Assembly: GCF_009914755.1 (NCBI RefSeq)
Contig: NC_060934.1
Source of the DNA: the human T2T-CHM13v2.0 reference genome, Homo sapiens
DNA: 64,000 nucleotides
Strand: one strand, 5' to 3'
The notes beneath the pieces were generated by a model that worked only from the letters and a program-made list of their open reading frames with translations, made no database searches and was not told where the DNA came from. Below are positions 1 to 13,755 of the stretch, piece by piece. The stretch's first letter is position 1. Each line of letters begins with the position of its first letter. Made by a program: the position numbers and the translations under genes.

Positions 1-27
1 CTTCATGAAGATATTGGGAGGGGTGGG

Positions 28-404
28 TGATATGACCTAGCCCTGTGTCCCCACCCAAATTTCATCTTGAATTGTAACACAAATTCTAATCCCCACGTTT
101 TGGGGGAGGGACCTCATGGGAGGTGATTAGATCATGGGGTAGTTCCCCCATGCTGTTCTCATGATAGTAAGTGAGTTCTCAGGAGATCTGATGGTTTTAT
201 AAGGGGTTTTCCCTGCTTCACTTGGCACTTCTCTCTCCTGCCACCATGTGAAGAAGAACGTGTTTGCTTCCCCTTCCACCATGATTGTAAGTTTCTTGAA
301 GCCTCCCCAGCCATGTAGAACTGTGAGTCAATTAAACCTCTTTTCTTTGTAATTTACCCAATCTCAGATATTTCTTCATAGTGGTGTGAAAATGACCTAA
401 TACA
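28..404 (+). mobile_element. THE1 (THE1C/D-like) MaLR solo LTR
   Basis: TGATATG...ccccacccaaat start, ctgtgagtcaattaaacctc, ...ctaataca end; ggtgg-like 5-bp flanks. Confidence 0.9.
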
Positions 405-869
405 GGTGGTATATCAGGGAAGACAAAAGTCACTGGGGAAGGATAGGATAGAGAGGAAGAAATCTGGTGTTGTCTATTACACCTGTGGAAATGATAGGAT
501 TCTGAGGTCATGTTGACCAAAGAGCAGGGATTTGGGGGTATGGAATAGGCCACCAATTGAGTCAAGGCAGATGGAGACTGGTTTATGCCACATGCGTACC
601 CAGCTTGAGTGGTCCTGCCCTGAGCAGTGAGCAAGTGACCAGCAAGGACTTCCAGGTGCCTGGTGTATTTCTGCTGGTGAGGCAGTCCCAGACCTTTCCT
701 TCCTGTCACTTCATTGCCTTTCAGCTTATCTGGACACCTACTTGGTACTTCCCCATGCTGAAGGCTACGTCATAGTCATCACTGTTTCTTACGGTTGACT
801 GGTGGAGACCTTTCCATTTTATGTTTCTTTTCCCGATTGTTCAACTGTTAAGAAGTGAGATAAGGGAAA

Positions 870-1085
870 TGAGTATGGGCTTTGCAGTCAGAAGAGGATT
901 CACACTTCTACTGTGCCCCTTCCTAGTTCTGTGTCCTTGGCAAAGTTGTTTAATTTCTCTAAGCCTCCATTTCTAAACTATTTGTAACAAAAATATAAAA
1001 ATATGACATCACACTCCACTGTTGTAAAAATTTATTGAGAAAGAAAAGTATTTGGAAAAAAACTAGAATACAATATATGGTTAGT
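870..1085 (+). mobile_element. MIR SINE
   Basis: Degenerate MIR core (tgtgtccttggcaaagttgtttaatttctctaagcctc). Confidence 0.65.
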
Positions 1086-1217
1086 AAGTGATACTGTTTT
1101 TCTCTTTGGACAAAAAACATTTAAGAGAATTACTGAAATATTATTCTTGTGGCATTACGAATATCTAGTCAAATATGTTTGTAAATGTCTTGATGATCAA
1201 AAATATTTGACAGTTAT

Positions 1218-1735
<518 letters not shown>

Positions 1736-3184
1736 TTAAATGAACATCTTGCCTTTTGATTGATTATCTTAGCTGGTGATAAGGACATGTGAATGAAATC
1801 CCAGACTCCAAAGTATCAGGTTCTAAAGAGATTAGAGTGAGGAGGTAGATTTTGAGCTAAGAAGGATCATGCGTTAATGTCTAAGAATATGCATGCTATA
1901 AATTGTGACACCTCTGAAAGTGAAGTCAGCTGGCTTTCCTAGGCCAGCAAATTGCTGGTGACCCTGGAGAATTGTATAAGGCCACAATTTAATTGCACAG
2001 GCTTTAAGAGATCTGCACTCCTTTATCCCATTAATTCAACCTGCAACTTTGTTCTCTGGTCCCTTTTGAATATTCAGTTCTCATTGATTTCAATGGGAGT
2101 TACAGACTCAGAGAAAGGGAAGAATTGGGCCAGTGATCTGTTCAAAGCAAAGCATCATTTAAAGTATAGTTTTAAAGTATTTGCAGGCACATAGGTGAGT
2201 CAGCTCCTTCTCACGAATTTGTCTAGAATGCTTTCCAGTTTAAATGGACCATCTTAAAGGGCAGTCACCTTCCCTAAAATTGCAGCATCATACTCATGCA
2301 CCACATATTGGATTGTGACTGCTGGGAGGCAATGACTCCATGTTGTGGTCTCAACTTTACTGCGGAATTGCTTCAGATTTAAGCTATAGCCTAATCGTAA
2401 TTAGCAGCCCAAAGTAACATTATAAATTCCTACAATGCCTATTGGGCTCTGTCTGCTGTTCCACACATCAAGTCAAGTCAATATAGCCTTGCCCTCAGAG
2501 ACCTTTTGTTTGAAATAGTCTCGGTCTATTGGTCATGCACCAACACAGAGGCAAAGAAGCAAAATGGCTGTAAATACAACGCTTAAAGCAAGTGAACTTG
2601 CACAGACAGGGAACATGGTGCTATGATTTCAGCTCTCCCTCGCCTCATGGACTATATAGGTTATAGCACTTGGCTGCACGATAAATTTCTGTAAAGCACA
2701 TCCTATTTTTGTACTCATTTCCATTGTGTAATCCCACGTGCATTAGAATTCATGAAAGTCTTATTTGAATATTTCTTTAGGAGAGAGATCCCGACAGTGT
2801 AGACTGCCAGACATCCAACTCCCCAACTACTCTGTGTCTGTCCAGACTTCTCAGTGCTGATACAAGCTGCAGCCTTGGGAGCTCAGGGCCTTCTGTTTAC
2901 TGGGAGCTCTTTCTCTGACCAAGAGAAAGTTATCTGTATCCCACTTTGAGATACCCAGAATCCGTGCTTCCAACACCTCCCTGTTCCTTCTGTCTGGGTA
3001 TTTATATTGCTTAGGAGGACCAGGCTCAGGACTGGCCCCCTGTCAGGAACTGCCTCTAGGCGTGGCGCAAAAAATTAAGTTCCCAGTTTTCACTTTTGCA
3101 ATACAAGTGAAGAGAGCTGCTATATACAGCCTTACAGGTCGTACAGTCCAAATCAGAAATGTGGCGACACTGCCAATGCTGAAC

Positions 3185-3690
<506 letters not shown>

Positions 3691-4203
3691 GGTTTTTTGT
3701 TTGTGTTGTTTTCAACGAGAGAGGTTACTTAAATGGATAACATCCTTACCATGGAGTAAAAGCTCATATGTGATTAATATTTTGAAGGAAAAATTCTTGT
3801 TTACTTTTCTCAGATATTGAAGATATTCATGCTAACCACATTTTGTTCATAATAATGCTCCAAGGAAAATTTTCTGCAGGGCTTGATTCTTACTACAGTA
3901 TTTCAGGCCGGCTCAGCACTCCCTCACCTGGTATTTTCCATGTAAACAAGTAACAAAATAAATAGGGGCAACAAAAGTCACTGCTATTGTAATTATTAAC
4001 AAGTATTCTTTGGTTGATTGGCTTTTCTTATGTAAAATTCTGTTTCTAATAATTGTTAAAATAGTAAATAAGAGGTCCCAGAAATAAGATTTGTATCATG
4101 TTTAAACTCCATTTCAAAATGTTTATTGCCTTGCTGCAAAATAAAAAAAAATCTCAGATTTGTGTGATGTGTCCTAGCTTACAGCAATCTATTTTTTAGT
4201 GTC

Positions 4204-4510
<307 letters not shown>

Positions 4511-5085
4511 TAGCGTCTTTTCTTTGCCTTCTAAGTAGTTGTACAGATCTAGAAGTAGTGCTAGCTACATTACTTGTGGAATATAAGGTTAAGAAATTCC
4601 CAGGAAAAGTTTAAATAATTTCAAGGCAATTATTTCAGTAACTTTAAAGAAATAATTAGAATTTTTAGAATTCACCAATAAGTGTTTATATAGTAGAGAT
4701 GTAGTGGGGTTAGGGATTTGGGAATGGCAAAAGGGGATAAAACACACAGCCAGAACCTCTTCAGTGGTAACTGCTAAAACAGCAATAAACAACAAAACCA
4801 CCAGTGGTCAAATTGTGTAGTATGGGCTTTAGGTGCTAAAGAAGTTCAGAAGGAGAGAAATTTTAGTGTAGTCTTTGATAATCAGAGAAGTTTGCTGGTG
4901 AAGCTGGGTCTTGATCTAGGTCTGAAGGGATGAACAGAATTTGGATAGGCAGAGGTAATAACTGTTCCTTAGTGTTTAATACCGCTGATCTGCAGTGGGA
5001 ATCTGCAAATTCTTTCACATTATAAGGATGTAAAATATTTCCAAATAACTAGCAAACCTAAGAACTTGACTGTGAATGCCTAAGA

Positions 5086-5170
5086 TGATTCAGCAATAAA
5101 ACTTCTAGACATAAATAAAACCCATCTCAAAGCCCTGACTCAGCAATAAAACTTCGCAGACATAACCCCA
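5086..5170. repeat. Imperfect direct duplication, 50-bp period
   Basis: tga(t/c)tcagcaataaaacttc..agacataa at 5086 and 5136. Confidence 0.85.
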
Positions 5171-5270
5171 TAGGAAGAAGAAATACCACCACTGAGGTCC
5201 ACAGTTCCAGTTGGGAACCAGCATTGCCCTGAGTTTGTGCATCAGATCTTCAAAAGATAAGGGGTCAACA

Positions 5271-5344
5271 GATTGTGATTATGCAAAAGAGGTGTTCCAA
5301 TTCTACTGATTGTGATTATGCAAAAGAGGTGTTCCAATTCTACT
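5271..5344. repeat. Perfect 37-bp tandem duplication
   Basis: gattgtgattatgcaaaagaggtgttccaattctact at 5271-5307 and 5308-5344. Confidence 0.97.
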
Positions 5345-5700
5345 TGGGCACACAAGTAAGTAAGTTAACAAGAGAACCTGAAAGTTAGCTAAATTGGAAA
5401 GCTGGCTGAAATGCTAAATAAAACATACTCAGTAAGAAACGGCGTGTTCACTCAGCCCGGAGGAAGTGCAGCAGAATGGAGAATGTTTTCTAATACAGCT
5501 CTACTCATTATAATCTCAGCTCAGAGCTCCTCAGTGATAGGTACAGAAGGCATATTGGAAACTTCCCACATGTCTATTTCCTACTAAGTCTATCATCAAA
5601 AACTGCAAAATTTAAAAATCACAGTGAATGTTGACTGGTTTTCTTCAGATAAAATGATGATGAAGGTATTAACATTCTGTGCTATAGATGCCATACTGAA

Positions 5701-5771
5701 TGTGTATATATAATTAATATTATGTATACATATATGTATACATATGTACATATGCATACACATATATATAT
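5701..5771. repeat. (TA/CA/TG)n low-complexity tract
   Basis: Alternating purine-pyrimidine run including a 24-bp palindrome at 5721-5744. Confidence 0.85.
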
Positions 5772-6127
5772 AGTCTTAGTCCATGGGCTGTTACAACAAA
5801 AACATCATTGGGTGGCTTAAACAGCAAACATTTATTTCTCACAATTCTGGAGGCTGAGGCTTCGAAGATCAAGGTGCTAGAAGATTTGGTGACTGGTGAG
5901 GGCCTTCTTGCTGATTCATGGATACTGTCTTCTCACTGTGTTCTCACGTGGTGGAAAGGAGTGAGAAAGCTCTCTAGAATCTCTTTTATAAGGGCACAAA
6001 TCCTATTCATGAGGGCTCCACCCTCATGACCTAATCACCGCCAAAAGGCACCACCTACTAATATCATCACATTGTGGGCTAAGATTTCAACACGTGGATT
6101 TGGGGGAGACATATTCACTCAATAACC
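5772..6127 (-). mobile_element. MLT1A/A0-like MaLR solo LTR
   Basis: gtcttagtcc...ggtggcttaaacagcaaacatttatttctcacaattctggaggctg...atgagggctccaccctcatgacctaatcac motifs. Confidence 0.85.
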
Positions 6128-8554
6128 CTGTAAATTGAAATTTATAGTTGTTTTAAGAGTCTGCTCACCTGCCTGTGTACCCCAGTATCCTCTTCTCATT
6201 GAAGTCCAGTCTCATCCTTCCTAACAACTCAAAATCTAGACTCATGGACAGCATTCTTGTCACATTATTCCCCACTACTCCATGCCCATGTTATGTTAGA
6301 CTCGTGGTTTTGTAAACAAACACATTTTGAACTCTCTTTATTTTCACCTTCACGGATATCCAGCAGGTCACTCTAAACTCTGCCTTACCAGTTTATTCTG
6401 ATCTTATCAGGCACGTGAAGTTGTGGTAAAATGTGTTCTGTCCTCACCTCTGTCATCATTGCTGCTACTCATGGAACTCAGACCAGGAAAGCCAGAGCTA
6501 GTACAAACACCTCCAAAGAAGTAGCAAATGACTGGTTGTGGGCAAGAGTAACATGAAGACTGTGATTCTGAGACACTCACCCATTCCCTGCCAGGGAATA
6601 ATATAATTGTTTACCTGTGTTATAGACACCCAGAATCTAAGAGAGGCGCAAGAATCCATCTAGCCAGATCTGGCATGAGACTCATTTGCTAAAGGTCCCC
6701 AGGGGGAATTTGTATAAGAAGAGGAGCCCAAAAGTGCATGGAATAGATTTAAGCTGTCCCTTGAAATGACCTTGCCTGGTTAACCAAAATCTGGATTCAT
6801 TTTTACTGTGTCTTTTACAACAATCACCTTCACAGCATTAGACGGAACCATTAATGAAAGCAGGAGCTCTTCTAGTCAGTACACATAAAAAGAAGTCGTT
6901 TAAACCCAGTATTACGTAGATATTAACACTAAAATTGCAAAAAACAGTTTTTAAGAGAAAGAAGAAGTTAAGAAGTATCAAAATATCAGCACTTATTTCT
7001 ATAACTAATGTATATATAGAAGACATTTAAATGGAAATTATCTGCGAACTAAAATGAGAAGTTAGAAATAGTACAATAACAGAAATGGTTATTGAAATCA
7101 TCTGAAATTTCCTTCCCTTCTACAGTATCAAATAATGATATGACAGTCTAAGTTGCTCACAGAATAAGATAGCATTAGGAAGATTTTAGAAGACATTTTT
7201 GGAGTTTCACGAAAGGAGGTCCCTGAAGAATAGAAGATGGTTTAGATAATGCTATTATTTAATCAAAAATGTCAAATACCAGCAATCACACCACCTGCTT
7301 TTGAAAGTAAAGGAAGCTAGGGACTAAAAGGGGTGGTTTAAAAAGAGACAGAGGAAGAATAAATGACAAAAAGAGAAAAAAATAATTATAGATAGTCTAA
7401 AGGATATGGATATAGGTTGTATTTAAGCAGTGTTTTTTTGTCTCAGAAGTTTATATGTGAACTAAAATGTATTAAAGGATAAAAAAGCAATATGTACAAC
7501 TTTTTGTATGTCAGTCATGCCTCTATAAAGCAGTTTTCTTAAAAAGATAAAGAAGAAAACTCTAGGAATTAGCACCTTTTTTAAAGGATGAGAAAAGAGA
7601 GTCCAGTTACAATAACTGTTAAGGTTCTTAAATTCTTTTACACCTCTTACCCCCATATTTCTGGTTTTCACTGTATGATAGTTTGATAATACAGCCCAAA
7701 TTTACCTTTTAGCTGTAGCTCTTCTTCTTTGTTAGGGCTTGATTCTTAAGGAGATTGCTCAGGTGTTGAGAACAAGTAGTAGAGACACCTAAGTATACCC
7801 AGTATTAATCCCAGAAGAAATACCATGTTAGTCACTTTCACTTCATGCAGTAGCTAATCTTTTTTTAAAATTGTGTTAGCGTAAAGTGTTGGTGAACCCA
7901 CTCATTTTTACATGGGATTATCCCAATTTACATAACCTTTTTGTAACACCACATTTTCAAGTGTTGGAAAATAAAAACAGATTAACTTAATATTGTGACT
8001 AATCGAGAGTTAACCAAAAATAATTGTATTTCAAACCTATGACTGAAAATGTTTCTTAAACATTAGTCAGCTTCCCTGCCTTAGGGATTGTTGACTCACC
8101 TCCAGTTGTAGGGTGAAGGATAGCTCAGCCATTGAGACTGCTGCCAGCCTCGTCACCCAGGGCTGTAGGTCAAGGAGGTGCCAGACCAGGGCCTGAAACT
8201 ACTCTGAACCCTGCCCCCACGTTCACTGGTTTTCAGCACTAAGATTTGCTTGAAGTGAAGAAATTGTCTAGATGCGTATGGACAGTTTGACATTGTCTGA
8301 GTAAGGGAAAATATTTTTATTTTAATACTTGTCTTTTAGGAAAACTATCATTTGTCAACAGGGATCTGTATGTTTTAATAAAGCAGAGGAAGGGTGGTTT
8401 GCATGTAGTCACTTAGCTAAAATTTCATGTCATTTAAATTTTCTGATCATGAGTAACCCAGAAAAATTAAATATACTTAAGATAAAATAATAAAATCCTT
8501 TCATATATATAAATAAGCAACCAGGATAGTTTTCATTCTATCTATCTAGCTAGC

Positions 8555-8734
8555 TATTTATTTATTATGTTTTAATTTCTTTTTTTACAGACAGGTTTTT
8601 GCTCTGTCACCCAGGATAGAGTGCAGTGGTGCAGTCATAAGCTCACTGCAGCCTCAAACTCTGGGCTCAAGTGATCCTCTCACCTTGGACTCCCAAAGTG
8701 TTGGGATTACAGGCATGAATCACTGTACTCAGCC
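8555..8734 (-). mobile_element. Alu monomer (FRAM/FAM-like)
   Basis: Single ~150-nt arm with degenerate T-rich tail; direct repeats ggatagttttcatt at 8524-8537 and 8746-8759. Confidence 0.85.
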
Positions 8735-9388
8735 TGGGAAGCGTGGGATAGTTTTCATTTTCAAAAGTCAGTTAAGATTATCTTTAGCAGAAATACTCCA
8801 TCAGTGCTGACTTTTCCAATCTGACATATGTAGTAGCGTAAGAACATGTTTTAAATTTTAAAAACTAATAAGAAAATAAGTAAGGCAAGTTCTTCATATA
8901 ACAACAATGTATAGAGGAAAGAGCAATATGTTAAGAGGAGAAGAAATAAATTTATTTCTATAGAAACAAAGACCCAGTGGGATCAAAAGAATTTAGAATT
9001 TTTAACACAAGGAAAATACCCATGCATGGTGAGGTAGTAGATGGCTTATTCTCTTCCTATTCCTAAGATATCAGTGTTACTTTAGCCCACCGTAAAGGAA
9101 TATGAATAATTTCCATGAATCAACGTAATGTATGCATCTCAAAAAGATTTTTAATTTTTAAAAGATTATTCTGTAGTCTCTTACAGTATTTTCTTGTCCA
9201 AGCCTTAGCTGAAGGATTGCAGTGTTTCTAATGATAGTGAAGTGGCTCTAATGAGGTGGTCTCCTGATTTAAATTATTGTATCAACATCTTCATGTAACC
9301 CAGTAACAAAATATATGTACATACACATATATACACAAAACATGTATGTATATATGTATGTAGTAGATCAAAAATTAGAATTCTATTT

Positions 9389-11414
9389 TTCTTAAATTTT
9401 ACTTTAAGTTCTGGGACACAGGTATAGAATGTACAGGTTTATTACATAGATATACCTGTGCCATGGTGGTTTGCTGCACCTATTGACCCATCTCTAAGTT
9501 CCCTCCCTTCGCGCCCAACCCCTCACAACAGGCCCTGGTGTGTGTTGTTCCCCACTTTGTGTCCATGTGTTCTCACTGTTCAACTCCCACTTATGGGTGG
9601 GAACATGTGTCGTTTGGTTTTCTGTTCCTGTGTTAGTTTGCTGAGGATGATGGCTTCCACCTCCATCCATGTCCCTGCAAAGGACATGATCTCGTTTTTA
9701 TGGCTGTGTAGTATTCCATGGTGTATATGTACCACATTTTCTTTATCCGGTCTATCATTAATAGGCATTTGGGTTGGTTCCATGACTTTGCTGTTGTAAA
9801 TAGTGCCACAATAAACATACATGTGCATGTGTCTTTATAGTAGAATGATATATATTACTTTGGGTATATACCCAGTAATGGGATTGTTGGGTCAAATGGC
9901 ATATCTGGTTCTAGATCCTTGAGGAATCGCCTACTGTCTTCCACAATGGTTGAACTAATGTACATTCCCACCAACAGTGTAAAAGCGTTCCTGTTTCTCC
10001 ACAGCCTCACCAGCATCTATTGTTTCTTGACTTTTTAACAATCACCATTCTGACTGGTGTGAGGTGGTATCTCATTGTGGTTTTGATTTGCATTTCTTTA
10101 ATGATCAGTGATGTTGAGCTTTTTTCACATATTTGTTGGCTGTGCAAATGTCTTCTTTTGAGAAGTGTTTGTTCATACACTTTGCCACTTTTTTATGGGG
10201 TTGTTTTTTTCTTGTAAATTTGCTTAAGTTCCTTGTAAAATCTGGATATTAGACCTTTGTCAGATGGGTAGATTGCAAAACATTTCTCCCATTCTGTAGG
10301 TTGACTGTTCACCCTGATGATAGTTTCTTTTGCTGTGCAGAAGCTCTTTAGTTTAATAAGATCCCATTTGTCAATTTTGGCTTTTGTTACAATTGCTTTT
10401 GACATTTCTGTCATGAAGTTTTTTCCCATGCCTATGACCTGAATGTTATTGCCTAGGTTTTCTAGGGTTTTTTTAATGGATTGGGGTTTTACATTTAACT
10501 TTTTAATCATTCTTGAATTAATTTTTGTATAAGGTGTAAGGAAGGGGTCCTGTTTCAGTTTTCTGCATATGGCTAACCAGTTTTTCCAGCACCATTTATT
10601 GAATAGGAGAGCCTTTCCCCATTGCCTGTTTTTGTCAGGTTTGTGGCAGATCAGATGGTTGTAGATGTGTGGCGTTATTTCTGAGGTCTCTGTTCTGTTC
10701 TATTGGTCTATATGTCTATTTTGGTACCAGTACCATGCTGTTTTGATTACTGTAGCCTTGTAAGATAGTTTGAAGTCAGGTAGTCTGATGCCTCCAGCGT
10801 TGTTCTTTTTGCTTAGGATTGTCTTGGCTCTACAGGGTCTTCTTTGATTCCATGTGAAATCTAAAGTAGTTTTTTCTAATTCTGTGAAAATGTCAATGGT
10901 AGTTTGATGGAATAGCGTTGGATCTATAAATTACTTTGGGCAGTATGGCCATTTTCACGATATTGATTCTTCCTATCCATGAACATGGAATGTTTTTCCA
11001 TTTGTTTATGTCCTCTCTTATTTCCTTGAGCAGTGGTTTGTAGTTCCCCTTGAAGAGATACCTCACATCCCTTGTTAGCTGTATTCCTAGGTATTTGATT
11101 CTCTTTGTAGCAATTGTGAATGGGAGTACATTCATGATTTGGCCCCCTGCTTGTCTGTTGTTGGTGTAAAGGAATGCTTGTGATTTTTGCACATTTATTT
11201 TGTATGCTGAGACTTTGCTGAAGTTGCTTATCAGTTTAAGACGTTTTGGGGCTGAGATGATGGGGCTTTCTAAATATAAAATCATGTCCTCTGCAAACAG
11301 AGACAATTTTACTTCCTCTCTTCCTATTTGAATACCCTTTATTTCTTTCTCTTGCCTGATTGCCCTGGCCAGAACTTCCAATACTATGTTGCATAAGAAT
11401 GGTGAGAGAGGGCA
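9389..11414 (-). mobile_element. L1PA (L1PA7/8-like) 3' segment: RT through C-terminus of ORF2 and 3'UTR, degenerate
   Basis: ORF fragments such as [46 protein letters not shown] and [21 protein letters not shown] are L1 ORF2p; L1PA 3'UTR at the left end; frameshifts and stops. Confidence 0.95.
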
Positions 11415-13447
11415 AAATATAAAGACCAATGACACTATGAAGAAACTGAATCAACTAGTGTGCAAAATAACCAGATAGCATCAGGATGACAGGATCAGGT
11501 TCACACATAACAATACTAACCTTAAATGTAAATGGGCTAAATGCCCCAATTAAAAGACACAGACTGGTAAATTGGATAAAGAGTCAAGAACCATCAGCGT
11601 GCTGTATTCAGGAGACCCATCTCATGTGCAAAGACACACATAGGCTCAAAATAAAGTCATGCAGGAAAATTTACCAAGCACATGGAAAGAAAGAAAAAAA
11701 AAAGCAGGGGTTGCAATCCTAGTATCTGACGAAACAGACTTTAAACCAACAATGATCAAAAAAGACAAAGAAGGGCATTACATAACGGTAGAGGGAACAA
11801 TTCAACAAGAAGAGCTAACTATTCTAAGTATACACGCACCCAATACAGGAGCAGCCAGATTCATAAAACAAGCTCTCAGAAACCTATAAAGAGACTTAGA
11901 CTCCCACACAATAATAGTAGGAGATTTTAACACACTTTCAATATTAGACGGATCAATGAGACAGAAAATTAGCAAGGATATTCAGGACCTGAATTCAGCT
12001 CTGGATCTTGTGGACCTAATAGACGTCTACAGAACTCTCCACCCCAAATCAACAGAATATACATTCTTCTCAGTGCCACATGGCACTTATTCTAAAATTG
12101 ACCACATAATTGGAAGTAAAACACTCTTCAGAAAATGCAAAAGAACTAAAATCATAACAGTCTCTCAGACCATAGTGCAATCAAATTAGAACTCAGGATT
12201 AAGAAATCCACTCAAAACTGCACAACTACATGGAAACTAAACAACCTGCTCCTGAATGACTGCTGGGTAAATAATGAAATTAAGGCAGAAATCAAGAAGT
12301 TCTTTGAAACCAATGAGAACAAAGAGACATCATACCAGAATCTCTGAGACACAGCTAAAGTGGTGTTAACAGAGAAATTCATAGCACTAAATGCCCACAT
12401 CAGAAAGCTAGAAAGACCTCAAATCGACACCCTAATATCACAATTAAAAGAGCTAGAGAGGCAAGAGCAAACTAATCCAAAAGCTAGCAAAAGACAAGAA
12501 ATAACTAAGATCAGAGCAGAATTGAAGGAGATAGAGACACAAAAAAAACCCTCCAAAAAATCAATGAATCTAGGTGCTGGTTTTTTGAAAAAATTAACAG
12601 AATAGATAGACCATAACTAAACCAATAAACAAGAAAAGAGAGAAGAATCTAATAGACACAATAAAAATGATAAAGGGAATATCACCACTGACCTCACAGA
12701 CATACAAACTACCATCAGAGAATACTATAAACACCTCTATGCAAATAAACTAGAAAATCTAGAAGAAATGGATAAATTCCTGGACACATACACCTTCCCA
12801 AGACTAAACCAGGAAGAAGTTGAATCCCTGAATAGACCAATAACAAGTTCTGAAATTGAGGCAGTAATTAATAGCCTACCAACCAAAAAAAAGTCTAGGA
12901 CCAGAAGGATTCACAGCCAAATTCTACCAGAGGTACAAAGAGGGTTTCAGAAGATACCATTCCTTCTGAAACTATTCCAAACAATCGAAAAGGAGGGACT
13001 CTTCCCTAACTCATTTTATGAAGCCAGCATCATCCTGATACCAAAGTCAGACAGAGACACAACAAAAAAAGAAAAATTTAGGCCAATATCACTGATGAAC
13101 ATCGATGCAAAAATCCTTAATAAAATACTGGCACACCAAATCCAGCAGCACATCAGAAAAGGTATCCACCACGATCAAGTCAGCTTCATCCCTGGGATGC
13201 AAGCTGGTTCAACATACACAAATCAATAAATATAATCCATCACATAAACAGAACTAAAGACAAAAACCACATGATTATCTCAATAGATGCAGAAAAGGCC
13301 TTTGATAAAATTCAACATCCCTTCATGTTAAAAGCTCTCAGGTATTGATGGAACATATCTCAAAATCATGAGAGCTATTTATGACAAATCCACGGCCAAT
13401 ATCATATTGAATGGGCAAAACCTGGAAGCATTCCCTTTGAAAACTGG
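11415..13447 (+). mobile_element. Inverted 5' segment of the same L1PA (spacer plus ORF2 endonuclease to start of RT), degenerate
   Basis: ORF2 start MTGSGSHITILTLNVNGLNAPIKRHRL at 11486, then YSKIDH and [19 protein letters not shown]; ends ...ccctttgaaaactgg; shared TSD tagaattctattt at 9376-9388 and 13448-13460. Confidence 0.95.
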
Positions 13448-13564
13448 TAGAATTCTATTTCATTCAAAAATGATTAATAATGTTTGAACATTTGCTAAGA
13501 ATACTGTGATTACTGTTGCTTTCAGTAACTTCCTTTGAATTTTCTTCATAATACCAAAAGATTA

Positions 13565-13755
13565 AATTTTAAAAAACCATTAGAAGAGAACATGGGAGAA
13601 TCTTGCTATGATCTAAGAGTAGGGAAGTCCTTTCCAAACACCATATAAACATTAAGATGATCTTTAGCTTCAACTATATATAAAAGCAAAAGTTTGAAGC
13701 TTAATAAATAAGCATGAAATGACAACTAGCAAATAAGAGAAATATTTGCAATACA
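13565..13755 (+). mobile_element. Old L1M fragment
   Basis: tagaagagaacatgggagaa...agaaatatttgcaa resembles the L1 ORF2 3' region; highly diverged. Confidence 0.45.

Noticed and set aside
6836-6888. Alternative terminal exon reading ALDGTINESRSSSQYT* after cacag
   Set aside because: Interrupted pyrimidine tract, no homology and no close poly(A) signal; indistinguishable from a random cryptic acceptor.
9458-13229. L1 ORF2 fragments as a functional endonuclease/reverse transcriptase gene
   Set aside because: Broken by frameshifts, stops and an inversion; no 5'UTR promoter or ORF1.
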